From contig NW_024704742.1 of the NCBI RefSeq assembly GCF_018977255.1, forward strand, positions 81,842,001-81,906,000: a stretch of 64,000 nucleotides of DNA, given 5' to 3'. Below are positions 24,990-38,040 of the stretch, piece after piece. This stretch comes from Callorhinchus milii. Taxonomy: Eukaryota. Position 1 is the first letter of the stretch. The number at the start of each line of letters is the position of its first letter. The notes beneath the pieces are model-generated. The model did no database searches. It saw nothing but the letters and a program-made list of their open reading frames with translations, and was not told the DNA's origin. The position numbers and the translations under genes are program-made.

Positions 24990-25484
24990 ATGGTACATAC
25001 CAATACTCTCTCCCTCTTCTGCAAAAAGGGCTGTGAAAAGCACTGTCAAATGCATGGACTCATATTATCAAGTGTTTTTCATCTAAAACTGTCCTGTGAT
25101 TTTATTATCTTTCTAACAAGAGAGAGGCTAATCATAGGTATTGCAGAGTTTAATAAAGCTTAGGGAAGATGACAGAAGAGGCGAGAGGAAGATATTTCCC
25201 TCAATTTTGAATCAGAATGTCTTTTTTTCTTCTTTTTGTTGTTAGTGGGTTTCCTTTCTCTCCTTCATTTGTGTTGTGTTCTCTCTTGGCCTCTTTAATT
25301 GACCTTGCCTATTTCTGTTTGCTAAATTCCTATTTATCTCTCACTTTCTGATTCTTTTTGTGTATTTATCTCTGCACTTCGCTGACTGCCTTGCATTTGC
25401 TTCTTCCTTCACTGCTTGCTGATGTTACCTCATCTGTCCAATTAACTCTCAGGTTTCAGTACGTATTCTAAAAACATGCTTTTA

Positions 25485-25600
25485 GGAATATAGGAACCAA
25501 GGAAAACAGGAACAGGAGGGGAGCCATACAGCCCATTGAGCCTATTGCATCCATTTATTAGATCTTGACAGATCTTTTAATCCCAATGTCCCATCTATTC
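25485..25600 (-). mobile_element. CR1 3' end fragment
   Basis: TAGGAATATAGGAA...AGGAGGGGAGCCATACAGCCCATTGAGCC. Confidence 0.55.
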
Positions 25601-26597
25601 GATAGACCCATTCTATCGAATTGGTATCTCACTTCAGGGTTGTTTGTGGAACAATGATGTGCACAGAATTAGCTGTGGCTAATTCGCCTACGGAATACAC
25701 AACCACTTTTTAAAAAAATCCTGTGAAGAGCTTTGAGAGGTCTTGATGATAAGGGTCTATATCAAATGCAACAATTATTATTATTGTGCATTGCCCCAAA
25801 GAATTTCACATTTTCACAGAAGACAGCTAATTTCAACTGATTAAAGACATTACTTTCTGTTCTGAAGCAAACACGGGGGTTGGAAATTGAATCCTATGAT
25901 GTGTTAATTACCACATCAATGATAAATGCAGTGAATGAAGCCCATTAATAACAAAAGACAGTCAATAACTAAAGCTTGTCTGTACTGCGACCAGCTGAAC
26001 TCAGGATTGTTTGTTGTTGAGTTAAGGCGACATTGTGTGAACAGATAGGCAAGTCCACTGACCACCGTGGACAGCTTCAGGTCCCCCACCATTGTGACTT
26101 AGGGGAGATTCAGGGGAGGTTGCACTGTCCACAGTTATTTATCTCCTGGCCCTGTTGGAGTCATTGGCTACATTTCACAACAATGTGATAATTGTAATGT
26201 TAGGACATTCCATTGTTGACTGTACTGGTTATTCCAAAATATAGCCTACAAAACACCCAATCACTACAATTTACAGTAAATTCTGGGAAGCAGTTTGAGA
26301 TGTCCTCCCAAAGTGGAAGGTACTGTTCAAATATAAGGATTGTTATTGTTGTAGAGTATTGTATTATTGTTATAGAATATTGTTTTCTGAAAATATTTGT
26401 TCGCTTTAAAATGTTTCCTCCATCATATGCATTGTGTAAAGATGTACAGTAAAGATTGGGTTAATTCTTTTTAATTCCCACCTTAAGGCCTACTTGTTGA
26501 CTGTGCCTATGGTTGCCTTCCCTCCCCTTCTCTATTGTTTAATATCCAATTCCATTGCTGTGCAGCTTTCCCACATGCTATTCTGTATAAAGGATGT

Positions 26598-26752
26598 TAT
26601 ATGTTTGTGGGACATTGCTGTGTGCAATTGGCTGCCGCGTTTCGCCCACAAATATACAGTCAATTCACTTTAATTTATATTCTGTGAAGCGCTTTGAGAC
26701 TTCTAGAAGACGTGAAAAGCGCTATATCAAATGCAAGGATTATTATTATATA
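26598..26752 (+). mobile_element. SINE 3' fragment (Deu 3' part plus tail), well preserved
   Basis: TGTGGGACATTGCTGTGTGCAATTGGCTGCCGCGTTTCG...GCGCTTTGAGAC...GACGTGAAAAGCGCTATATCAAATGCAAGGATTATTATTA. Confidence 0.9.
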
Positions 26753-26802
26753 TATGAATATAAATTGGTGTTTCATTTCTGAATGGAGGCAGCCAATGAG
26801 TA

Positions 26803-27080
26803 GAACAATAACAACTTGCATTTATATAGTGACTTCCACATCAGGAGGACATCCCAAGGCAATGGACAGTGAAGGGTGTGTTCCTGAGTTGGGAGCTGTA
26901 ATCAAAAGAGGTGGAGGCTCGGGGTAGTCGTAAGATGACTGAAGGTAGTGTCAAAACAAAGGTTTTCAAACCTTAAAGGAGTCAAGGGAAGGGGTGAGGC
27001 AGAGTGGATGGAGTTCTAGATGGTGGGGACAGCAAGGTTGAAGGCCTGACCGCTGATGTTGGAGCAGGCAGGGCGGGGAG
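26803..27080 (-). mobile_element. L2 3' fragment
   Basis: Reverse-complement tail followed by the GGQAF/LWNS region. Confidence 0.75.
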
Positions 27081-28418
27081 CGTGAATTATTAATAATAAC
27101 TTGAGATTATGTATTGCAATGGTACTATCCTAATATTCCTTGCAAACATATTGTGAGAAGCTTTGTAGGGTGTGGATATTTATCGGGTGCCAGCAATACC
27201 CTTCACATCAAATACAAAGGAAGCAATGCAGCATGGTGAGAAGGGCTATACTGCACACCAAAATAAATGTCCCTCTGATTCTCTTCCACCCGATGGAAAT
27301 AAGGAAGTCAGAAAATGCAAGGGAGGGCAATAAGATTTTAAAAAACTGAAAGGAATGTCTCACAGAAACCTTATTAAAATAATACTTACATTTATCCAGA
27401 GCGTCTTGGATAATAAATGATTCCTTGTGATTTCATTAAACCCCTATGCTTGCAGCCTCAGCATTGAATCAGAGCAAGAACCATTTATTGTCCTATTCTC
27501 TCCTGATAAATGGAAGTTATCATTTACTTATACCTTTAATTAATGCTTTGTTGCTGAGCTTTTCTTATTGCCATCTCCCAACTAAACAAAATCTGCTAGC
27601 AAATTGGATGCACTAATAAACAAGCTGTGCTGCATTATAACAAGTGGCTGGTTGCCTGAAGGGAATTGAAAGGAACGAAAGCAGTCTTGGGGATTCTTGT
27701 ACAACCCACTCAAGGGTTACACTTGTTTCAAACAAGAGTTGAAATTGTGTTGTACTTTTGAAATGTGCACTTATTTTATCCATTAGTTTACAGATAACAA
27801 TGTAATCCTTTGCACACATGCAATGAGGATGCAGATCACATTCATAAAGAAAAAAAAGGCTTTCTGAACAGCAAAAACTTAAAATACTCCCATCACTTGA
27901 AACCATTAACATGGAAGTGTATCATATGCTTCTGCTCAAACTGAACTGGCAGTCTCATCGTGATAATTAATATCACAAACTCCAGGAGTGAACAAAACCA
28001 TTAATTACAATGACAGCATTTACTCTGCTGGAGATTGGAGTACAATAAATCATGCCTTGCTACAGACGACTCAAAATCCAAAGCAGCCGAACTACACAGT
28101 ATAATTTATCTGTTTGACCGATAAAAAAAATCTGAGCCATTAAAGGCTACCCCAGCAGTCTCATTCTCTAATGCCGTCTGTATCTTATAGCTATGTGTAA
28201 GAATGTGTTTTGCTTTTTCGATTCCTGAAGTTGTCCGCAAAATGATGCAAAACCAGTACCTGTTACCAGGGCAACGGCTTTTGCATCATTCGCAAATATA
28301 AAATTGCTCTTGTGAAAATCTATATTGACATTCTTGTTGGGAAGAAATATGCTGCTAAGTCGTACCTTTAGCGGATGTGCTTAAGATGAACCAAGGAAGT
28401 TCATCTGGCCTCATTTAT

Positions 28419-30470
28419 AACAACAAAATTACATTTGTATGGCGCCTTTCACATTGGGAGGACATCCCAAAGCATTGGACAGGCAGAGTTTTGGACGAGA
28501 ACTGGGGTTAGGGATCCGGGAGGGTGGAGGGCAGGGGTCAAGCAGGGTGACCGAAAGCATGGTCAAAGAGTAAGATCTTAAGATGGGTCTTGAAGGAGAC
28601 AAGGGAGGGGAGAGATGGAGGGACTGCGTGATGGAGTTCCAGAGGGTGGGGGCAGAGTGGCAGAAGGCCTGACCGCCAATGGTGGGGCGAGTGAGGCGGG
28701 ACATGAAGCAGGCCGGAGCCCATGAACGGAGGAAGCGGACAAGATGGTAGGGGTTTAGGAGGTTGCAGAGGTAGCGGGGAGCAAGACCATAGAGGGCTTT
28801 GAAGGTGAGGAACAGCATTTGGAACTGTATCCTCTGTGTGATGGGAAGCCAGTGGAGTCGGGCGAGGATGGGGGTGATAGGGTCACGGAGCCTGGTGCAG
28901 GAGAGTACACAAGCTACAGAGTTCTGGTTAATCTGCAGCTTATGGAGAGAGGAGTTGAGGAGGCCGACAAGCAGGGAGTTTGCACAGTCAAGATTCAATG
29001 TAATGAAAGCATGTATGAGGGTTTCAGCGGCCTGCGGTGCGAAACAGTGGAGGAGCCGGTTGAAGTTGTGGAGGTCGGGGAAGGCAGAGCGGGTCATGGC
29101 AAAGATGTGGGGTAGAACGGATAGTTGTGAGTTAAAAAACTAAGGTTCCGGACTGGCTTAGTAAGTTGGAGTGTGCATCCATGGATGATTATGCTATCAG
29201 TGCCTAAGATGTGGAGGCACTCACAGGAGCTAATCGGAAGAGCTTTGGTCTTGTTGATGCTCAACTTAAGAAAATTAGGTCTCATCAAGGACTTGGTGTC
29301 TGACAGATATTCTGCCAGTGGTCCTGGAGTCAAGGGTGAAGGCAGAGAGGTACAGTTGGTTCTCATCTGCATATACGTGGAAGTTGACCCCATGTCTTCG
29401 GATGACATCACCAAGAGGGAGCATATAGGTATTGAAGAGGAGGGGACCAAGCACAGAGCCCTGAGGAACGCCGCACGAGATGGTGCGGTGGCTAGAGGAG
29501 AAGCCGTTTGTGGAGATGAAATGGAGGTGGTGTGAAGCGTACAATCTGAACCAGTCAAGAACAGAGCCATGAAGGTTGAGGTGAGAGGAGAGGCGGTGGA
29601 TGACGATACAGAGGTCGACGATGTCGAAGCAGCAGAGAGGTCAAGGAGGATGAAGTGGCAAAGGGGTCCCTGGTTGCAGATGGACAGAATGTCTTTTGTC
29701 ACCTTGACCAGGGTTGTTTCTGTGGTGTGGGCAGCACAGAAACCCGAACTGGAGGTGTTTGTGAAGGGAGGTGGAGGACTGAAGGAGGGTGGGATGTGGA
29801 TCAGGGAGGAGAGGTTGGCACCGGTGGTCAGGGACCATTGGGCCTTGCTGCGAGAATGGGGGACATGGCAGTGAGAGTGGCCTCTGTTGGACAGCCAGCG
29901 GCATCTGCCATGGTGGGCCCGAGGGAGAATTCACAGGCTGGAGCAGAGGGAGGTTGTGGGACAGTCGAGCGGGGATAGGAGTCGGGGAGAGCGGAGGGAG
30001 AGGAGGACCAAGCGAGAGTAATGGTGGGTAGAGGACAGGAGTGAGAGCCTTTTGGGGAAGCAGCTCGGGTCAGTAGCAGCAGCCAAAATGCGCACGCGAC
30101 TAAGAGTGAACGGCGGGAGGGTGAGGTCAGAGAGGCATGGTTAGCCCACAGGTGAGGGTCATCATGGGGGGAGGGAGACAATGTTATGAACCCAGTGAGT
30201 CCAGGCTGAGAGATTCAAAGGCGGCGGGAAGATGTGACGTCACAGCGGCAGCCGGTCTCCGGTTGGATGTTGACCAGGAGAGTCAGCGATGGCCGAGGCG
30301 GCGAATCCCATGTTTGATCTGAGTGGCTCAGGTAGGTTGGCCTTGGTACCCACGTTGGATCTGGACGCCGTTTGGGCATCGGACTCTATGCCAGTTCTGG
30401 CCTCGAATCCCGCTTGGCCTCATTTGCATGTAAGCCAGGGGCGCTGCTCCAGGCATCGAGTTGATGCCTC
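28419..30470 (-). mobile_element. L2 LINE, long decayed copy (RT to 3' end, joined to GC-rich 5' sequence)
   Basis: [67 protein letters not shown]; frameshifted; (CAA)n tail at 28419. Confidence 0.93.
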
Positions 30471-30477
30471 CAGGCAT

Positions 30478-30910
30478 GAGATCCTCATCCTCACCTACAA
30501 GGCCATTCACGGCCTTGCTCCCTCCTACCTCTTCGACCTACTATCCCCCTACCTACCTGCCCGTACCTTCCGTTCCTCTGGCTCCGGTCTGCTCCACATC
30601 CCCCGCCCCAACCGCCCTACCATCGGTGGCCGGGCCTTCAGCCTCTCAGACCCTAGGCTCTGGAACTCTATCCCCCAGTGCCTTCGCCGCCTCCTCCCTT
30701 TCCTCCTTCAAGGCCGGTCTCAAGACCTTTCTCTTTGACCGTGCCTTCAGCTCCCCTCTCGACTCTCTACCCCCTCCTCGCTCCCTCCCTTCCCTCCCCT
30801 CACCCTGACCATTTCCAACTTGCTCGGGTCCTGACCCAACTGTACAGCGCCTTGGGACGTCCTCCCGACGTGAAAGGCGCTCAATAAATGGAATCTTGTT
30901 GTTGTTGTTG
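30478..30910 (+). mobile_element. L2 3' fragment, relatively young
   Basis: EILILTYKAIHGLAPSYL...IGGRAFS...LWNSIP; tail GCGCCTTGGGACGTCCTCCCGACGTGAAAGGCGC plus (TTG)n; CpGs retained. Confidence 0.93.
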
Positions 30911-31414
30911 CGACCTTGCTCCAGGTGGCAGTTTAGGCCTCACTGCAGGCGTTGCTCATGTGAAATCGTTTCAGTCCCTGTTTCAGCCGCCCGCTGCGAG
31001 TTCCCTCAAGTCCAAGAACTCCTGCCTTCCCTCGATCAGTTCAATGGGACTCTGATTGAGCCCATTCGCAGGATTGCAAAAAACAGGATTTTTCCCTGTT
31101 TGGCGACCTCCTCACAATATATAGATTATAGACATAAATATTCATGTGCTGCTCATGTGTATTGCCTCTTATAACAGCAATGTTACCTTAATATTATTGT
31201 TTTCTTCTGGCTTCTTTCTCAGCAAGCTAACTGGAACCAGTGGAAATAATCTGAATGCTTATGATGAGTAAGTACCCTTTAACATTTTGCCCAGAGGCAT
31301 GGATCTTTCTCATGATTGAAGCTTGTTAATGCCTGAGGAGAGAGACACTTATAATAACAATATTTTCCTAAGAGCTTTAATTTTGGACAGTAGAACTGAA
31401 AAGGTTATTTATAT

Positions 31415-31640
31415 GATAAGATTGGTTTGGACGAAGAAGACCCTTTGCGCCATCTGATCTCATTCTTCTAGTGGAATACCCATCCTATTGTTTTTCCATT
31501 GCAACATCAAGTTTTTTTCAATAAGTTTTAGTGTCCTTGCCTCAACCACCCCACCTAGTAACTTATTCTAGCTGTCAATTACCTTCTGAATAAATAAAAA
31601 TACTTCCTGAGTGTCTGTCCTGAAATTATAATTTGCAATT
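31415..31640 (-). mobile_element. CR1-like 3' fragment
   Basis: The reverse frame reads YNFRTDTQEVFLFIQKVIDS (CR1 C-terminus-like), followed by the CTTGTGAT-family end. Confidence 0.65.
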
Positions 31641-31679
31641 CCAACCCTTTGTCGTCGTCTTCTATTGTCTTGGTGCATC

Positions 31680-33047
31680 TGAAGTTCCTGTCCAAGGTCC
31701 TGGAAGGAGTCGTTGCTTCCCAGCTTCACTCCTTCCTTTCTTGCCACTCCTTTCACAACCTCCTCCAATCGGGTTTCCGTGTTACACAGAGCACGGCTCC
31801 CTCTACCTCCTTGTCCTCTCTGATGCCTTTCATACCATTGATCCTAACCTCATCCACCGCCTCGCCTCTCACCTCAACCTTCATGGTTCTGTCCCTGAAT
31901 GGTTCAGATCATACCTTTCCACTGCATCTCCACAAATGGTTTCTGCTCTAGCCCCCGCACAGTGTCATGCAGCGTTCCTCAAGACTTTGTCCTTGGTCCG
32001 GTCCCCTCCTCTTCAATACCTATATGTTCCCTCTTGGTGACATCATCTGCAGACACGGGAGCAACTTCCACATGTATGCGGATGACACACAACTCTACCT
32101 CTCTGCTTCCACCCTTGACACCAGGACCACTGCTGTCCTGGCAGAATGTCTGACAGACATCAACTCCTGGATGAGAGCAAACTTTCTTCAGTTGAACGTC
32201 AACAAGACTGAGGCCCTCCTGAGTGGCTTCCATCAGTGCCTCCAAACTTCAGATGCTGACAGCATCACCATCCAAGATGCACACTCCACCTTACTAAACC
32301 AATCCGGAACCTTGGTGTCTTCTTTGACCCTCAATTGTCCTTTCTACCCCACATCCATGCCATGAGCTGCTCTACCTTCCCCCTCATCCGCAACATCGCC
32401 CAGCTCTGCCATTGTCTTACACCACAGGCTCATACATGCATTCATAACATCCAAACTTGACTATACAAACTCCCTCCTTCTCAGCCTACCCAACTCCTAC
32501 CTCCATAGGCTTCGGATCATCCAGAACTCTGCTGCCCATGTCCTTTCCCGCACCAGGTTCCGTGACCCTATCACCCCCATCCTCGCCCGATGCCAATGGC
32601 GTCTCATCCACAAAGGATACAGTTCAAGTTCCTGGTCCTCACCTTCAAAGCCCTCCATGGTCTTGCTCCCCCCTACCTCTACGACCTCCTAACCCCCTAC
32701 CAACCTGCCCGCTGCCTCTGCTCAATGGGCTACGGCCTGCTTCACATCCCTCACCTCGCTCGCCCCACCATGTTGGGTGAGTCTTCAGCCACTCTTCCCC
32801 CATCCCCTGGAACTTCATCCCGCAATCCCTCCATCTCACCCCTTCCCTTGCCTCCTTTGAGAACCATATCAAGACCCTCCTCTTCGACTATGTTTTCAAT
32901 TACCTTCCTTCCCCCCTGCCCTCCATCCTCTCCAATCCCGACCCACAGCTCAGGTCTGAAACACTGACTGTCGAATGCCTTGGGACATTCTCATGCTGTG
33001 ATAACCACTATACAAATCCAATTTTGTTGTTGTTGTTGTTGTTGTTG
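31680..33047 (+). mobile_element. L2 LINE, 5'-truncated, decayed
   Basis: [64 protein letters not shown]; long (TTG)n tail. Confidence 0.94.
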
Positions 33048-33584
33048 AAGTATTGGAATTGGAAGCTTATGGTAATAGAGCAGATTTTAAATAACGTTAA
33101 ATACAATAACGTAGACGGTGAAATTAGACTTCTACTCTAAATAAACACATGATAAAAAAGGTCTATTGTCCCTTTTGAAAACTTTATAGTAGAACACCTC
33201 TTGGATGCTGATCTGGAGTTGCTAAATGGTGGTTCAGCTGGAGTTTGTAAAAGATGAATCATTTTAATTTTATTTGCTAAATGTTTGCAATCAAGATGCA
33301 GCAGTAATACATCAATGGAGGGGTGGGGAGCAATATATCAATTAATTATTATGTCCTTCTAAGGTGAAAGGCAATATATCAATGTAATTTTGTTGTAGTT
33401 GTTATTAGGAGTAAGAAATAAAATGAACATTTATTTTATTCAAATAGTGAGATGAAGTGTACTCCTATTGTTTTGATCAGGCTTTGGGTCAGGAAAAGGA
33501 GAACTATCAGTGACTGTCCATTCAGCAGGATCTCCTTTATCTCTTTGTCCTGCCCCACAATCTCATCCCATTTCATTTGCATTG

Positions 33585-34005
33585 CTCGGATACCATGGAC
33601 ACTGCTGATGACAGCACAGCCAACCCGCCTAATCAACAGGACCTAGAAGGGCAGATTAGTCACTGGTGGTAGGGAGGACCATATCAATGGCAAGCTATGC
33701 GGTTTAGCTGGTTAGACTCCAGCAGTACCCTAACACACATCTGGGCTCCCCAAGCCTCAGCTCTTGTCAACCTGTGCCTAATACTTTCTGAAATTAGGTA
33801 AGCAGGAAGCGTCCCTTTAGGGCGAGAGTGTGTATTCCATTCCAACAATCTATCTCTGGGATTTCCATGTGTAGGTGGGATGCATGGAAATTTCAGCTTG
33901 GTTTGGATATCCTTAAGCGTGGTGATGGGTTTCAGCACCCCACCCAGCATGTTAATCTGAATTCAGTGTGTGACACCCGCTGATCACCCCCCCACCCCAA
34001 TAAAA
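33585..34005 (+). mobile_element. RTE/RTEX-like family, 5'-truncated copy
   Basis: CTGCTGATGACAGCACAGCC...CCATATCAATGGCAAGCTATG...ATCTCTGGGATTTCCATG; colinear with 23100-23580 with one internal deletion. Confidence 0.85.
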
Positions 34006-35064
34006 AGGTGCAATCAGCTCATTAGCATGTCTGACACTGTACCCTGCCCCATCTGATTTTGCATCTGACAAACAGTGAGATTTGCAGACTTCCTGTCCTA
34101 CATCCATTTTTTTTAACTAAAAACGTTGAAAGACTTCAGTCTTAGCATAATTTGTTTCTCCCCAATTGATGGATTACTGTTACATCTTGATTCCAAACAT
34201 TTAGCAAACCAAATTAAAATGATTCATCTTTACAAACTTCAGTTGAGCCATCAGTTTGGAAATGCAGCACTGAATCCGAGAGGCACTCTGCTGTATAGCT
34301 TTCAATAGGGATAATAGAGCTTATTGTATTATGTCTTTATTACAGACTGTGAGACTTCCATCTCATTAGCAGAAGACCCTGAATCTGAAATAAACTCATT
34401 AAAACACCAACTCTTTTCTGCTAGACTACACTCTGTTAAATGCTACTTTCAATCCTCACTGCCTTCCAGAAGTCTGAATTCTAACCCCAATGGAACCAAG
34501 GTTTCGATAAGCATTCTGAGACTACCCCACATGAAGGGTACTATGTAATTGCAAGTTGGTGTTATTATTGTTGTCTGTCTGTTCGTGTGGATGTTAAAAA
34601 TCCCATGGCACTATTTGAAAAGAGAAAAGAGTTTCTATATTGGTACTGCCTTGGAATTAAGTCTAAGCATGCCATAAGTCTCATTTATGGCAAGTAGACT
34701 CCAGATAAATGAAAGTTATTGCTAGGCCACTAGAATTCAGTGGAAAGTGGGATGAACAGCATAGCAGTGTACACTGCTTCTGTTGTCTGGAGATGTCACC
34801 AGGAGAGTTAATCAATTCTTTTAAAACACAAGAGCAGCATTTTTTCTGGATTTAATTTGTTTTGACCGATTAGCTTATTTCTTACCTCAGAAGAGCTGTA
34901 CTTCCCCTATGTATTTTTTGAGTAGTTTTACTCTATTCTTGTAACCAGCAATATTACTGCTCTGTTCTGATGGAGGTTCAGTTCTTGCATTGGCTTTCTC
35001 TATGGCCTCAATGATAATGTCCTTTGAGCTACTTGACATCAGGTTTGTAAATAAAGTTAAAATG

Positions 35065-35380
35065 TGTCAGTCTGGCCCAGCTTATAGCACTGTTGCATCG
35101 GATTCAGAAGGTTGTGGGTTCAAGCCGCATGTCAGAACTCCTATAGTTTAGGCTGACACTCCAATGCAGTGCCCTCCTTGAAAAGAGAAGGGTGTTTCTC
35201 TTGATGTCCTGGCCAACAATGGTTTCATGGTTGTTTGTGGGAGATTACTGTGTGAAAATGGGCTCCAGTGTTTGCCTACAAATGCATAGCCACTGCACTT
35301 TAAAGTAAATCTTGAGCAATGCTTTGACGCATCCTCCAAATATGAAAGTCGCTGTATCAAATGCAAGCATTATTATAATT
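35065..35380 (+). mobile_element. DeuSINE family A, internally deleted
   Basis: Head TCAGAAGGTTGTGGGTTCAAGCC, Deu 3' part, tail. Confidence 0.8.
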
Positions 35381-36099
35381 ACTTGATGCAGTTCGTAACG
35401 TAAACAATGCATTTGATAGAGTGCCTTATCACATTGACGAAAAGTCTCAAAGCGGTTTTACTGTAAAGTACTGCGTATTTTGTAGGTGATGGTCAATCTA
35501 ATGGTCGATTAGAATCAATATGACATTGTACATCAACAAAAATGTCAACATTGGACTGTGTTTATAGATCAAATGTGAAATCAGTTTGTCTCACTGTAAA
35601 ATATTTAACTTAGTGTGATTTTTGTGAATATTGCAAGTAAAGTGTCTTCCGATGTTTGCAAACAAATTTGTTGCACTGCCACCTAAAAATAGCATTATTG
35701 GATTTTCGCATTGCTATGGAGAACTTTGTAAACTGAGGCAAGTTCTGTGAGCACTTTTTTCCCCTTTTGCTAATCTTTAGGGTGTTGAAGATCACTTTAA
35801 GCAGAAGAATTGAAAGAGAAAGTGATTACTGCAAAAAGAGAAAAATCAATTGCGCACAAAGCATTAATGGGGGCGATGAGAGAATTGCGTCTAGTAGGCG
35901 ACTACAAACTGCTGCGACCCACTGGAATTTGTGAGTTTTGAGTTACATTTGATATCCTTTATTTCCACTGAGGTTGAAGCTGTCATAGCACAGGGAGTGC
36001 AGGAGATAAGTGGCCCAGGAGCAGATTCACTGCCTGTTCCAGATTATAACAGATGAGATATATATCCATTGTCTGCATAAGTAAATAACACAAGCTTTG

Positions 36100-36340
36100 C
36101 CTTCATGCTAAGGTCCTGGAATGAGTCGTTGCTTCACAGCTTTGATTCTTCCTCTCCTTCTACTCCCTCTACAAATCCCTCCAATCGGGATTCTGTGCGA
36201 CTCACAGAATCGAAACAGCCTAGATCAATGACATCTTGTCCATCTGTGACCAGGCCTCCCTCTGCCTCTTTGTCCTCCTTGGCATCTCTGCTGCCTTCAA
36301 CACTGCTGATTACTCTATCCTCCTCTGCCTTCCAACTTGC
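36100..36340 (+). mobile_element. L2 RT fragment
   Basis: AAGGTCCTGGAATGAGTCGTTGC...CAATCGGGATTCTG...CTCTGCTGCCTTCAACAC; colinear with 48480-48720. Confidence 0.75.
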
Positions 36341-38040
36341 TTAGAAGAAGTGTGATTTGTTATTGTTGACTCAATCTTATGTTTTAGGTTTACTCGAGAG
36401 GTCAACAATATAGTTTCTGTTGAGAATATCAAGTTAAAGTTTTTAACCATAAATAAATCAATACCTACCAACTGTTGACATTTAAGGGAATTAACTGTAG
36501 GATAACAATGCACCAGGAGCAGACTATGTGCTTCCAACATTCACTATCTCCAGGCCATAACTTTACTCACTTCCCATCATCATTTCTGGAGTGAATGCTG
36601 GATACAATCCCTTAAGACAAAGGCAGTTGCTCCGGGTAAACAAAAGTGTGTTATTGTTCATGCAGCCAGCCCATGTTGGGACAAAGTGTGATACACCAAA
36701 CTGGAACCAATCTCAACAACACACATAATTAGGACTGTTTCATTGGGCCCAGCTCTCTTTCCTTGAAGCCAGCTTGTTTCAAAAAAATACTTCTGTTTCA
36801 TGTACTTTAACATCTTAAGTTGCTGGCAGGCAAACTGCTTATTGTAAAAAGGCGACACACCATTGAGCTTGGCATCAATACAAAGCTTCTAGTTTGATAG
36901 TAAGCCTCAGGCCACAAATAGCCTTGGCATCTTCATACCTGGGAAGAGCAAGTGAAAGAAACGCAGAAGGAAGACAGCTTGACTTGTTGTCTTACGGAAA
37001 ATAAATTGATCTTCTCAAACTCAGGTACAATTTATGTGAGTTAAATTGTCTTGCAGCTGCCAAACAAACTCCATCAAGAAAGTTTCTCTAAGCAAGATTT
37101 CCTCCCCCATGGTTACGATTGATAAAACAAATCACAAATCAGAAAGATACATATCTTCTCAAGGGTAACGACTAAATTGAAAGCAGTAGAACAATAGGTT
37201 TGAGTCGCAAAGAACAACTCCAGGAATCAGTTTTTTATTTTGAGGGTAATTAAAGGCTGGATCTGGTTGCCAAGATAGGTGATGGAGCCCAGGACACTGG
37301 ACTCATTTGCAAAATAGCTTGATGCTCTCATGGGTGGGTGTTCTGGAGGGATGAGATCAGATGCACCAAAGGGCCTTCTTCATCACAACTAATCTTGTGA
37401 AATGAGAAAAAAAGGCATTGAATATCTTAGGCATGTCCTCTTACCCATTGCTTGTCAGCAAGTTATAAAATAAATCCAGAACTAATGGCAAACTAAGTTA
37501 TAATTCTTAATGTGCTTTACCATTTTCCTTTGACACATTTGGCAGATGCAGTATCAACTGACAACACTTTCTCCTCATCTTAGCTGTTTTGTGGACACAT
37601 CTGCCTTATATACGCAACTTTAAATCATTGATCTCAAAGCATTTTCAATGTAGCAACTTAAGAGGGGAAAACTGTCATCTCTATCACCTGAACTTGGTCC
37701 ATTCATGAAGTCAAGCTAGTGTTGATGTATTTTTGTTTGTTCTTGTAGTGCCTCATGCAATATATGGAAAAGTGAATATGAAGACAATTCAGCCCCGAGG
37801 AATGCTATTGATTTGTGTATAAATTGCATTGTATTGGGTAAAAAATGGTGCATGAAACATCGCTTTCATCTGCCACGTACCCCTTCCCTTCAAATCCATC
37901 ATCAATATCCCCATTTTGAAGAAACTCATAATTGACCTGTCTAAATGTTCAGTTATTGCTCTGTTCCCAACCTTGCCCTTCCTCTCCTAAGTGTTGGGAT
38001 GTGTTTTTGACTCTCAAGTTTGTTCGTTCCTTTACTATGA

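Noticed and set aside
34887..35039. 50-aa minus-strand ORF MSSSSKDIIIEAIEKANAR... followed by GTAAG
   Set aside because: No recognisable homology, the stop precedes the donor, and the length is within chance expectation.
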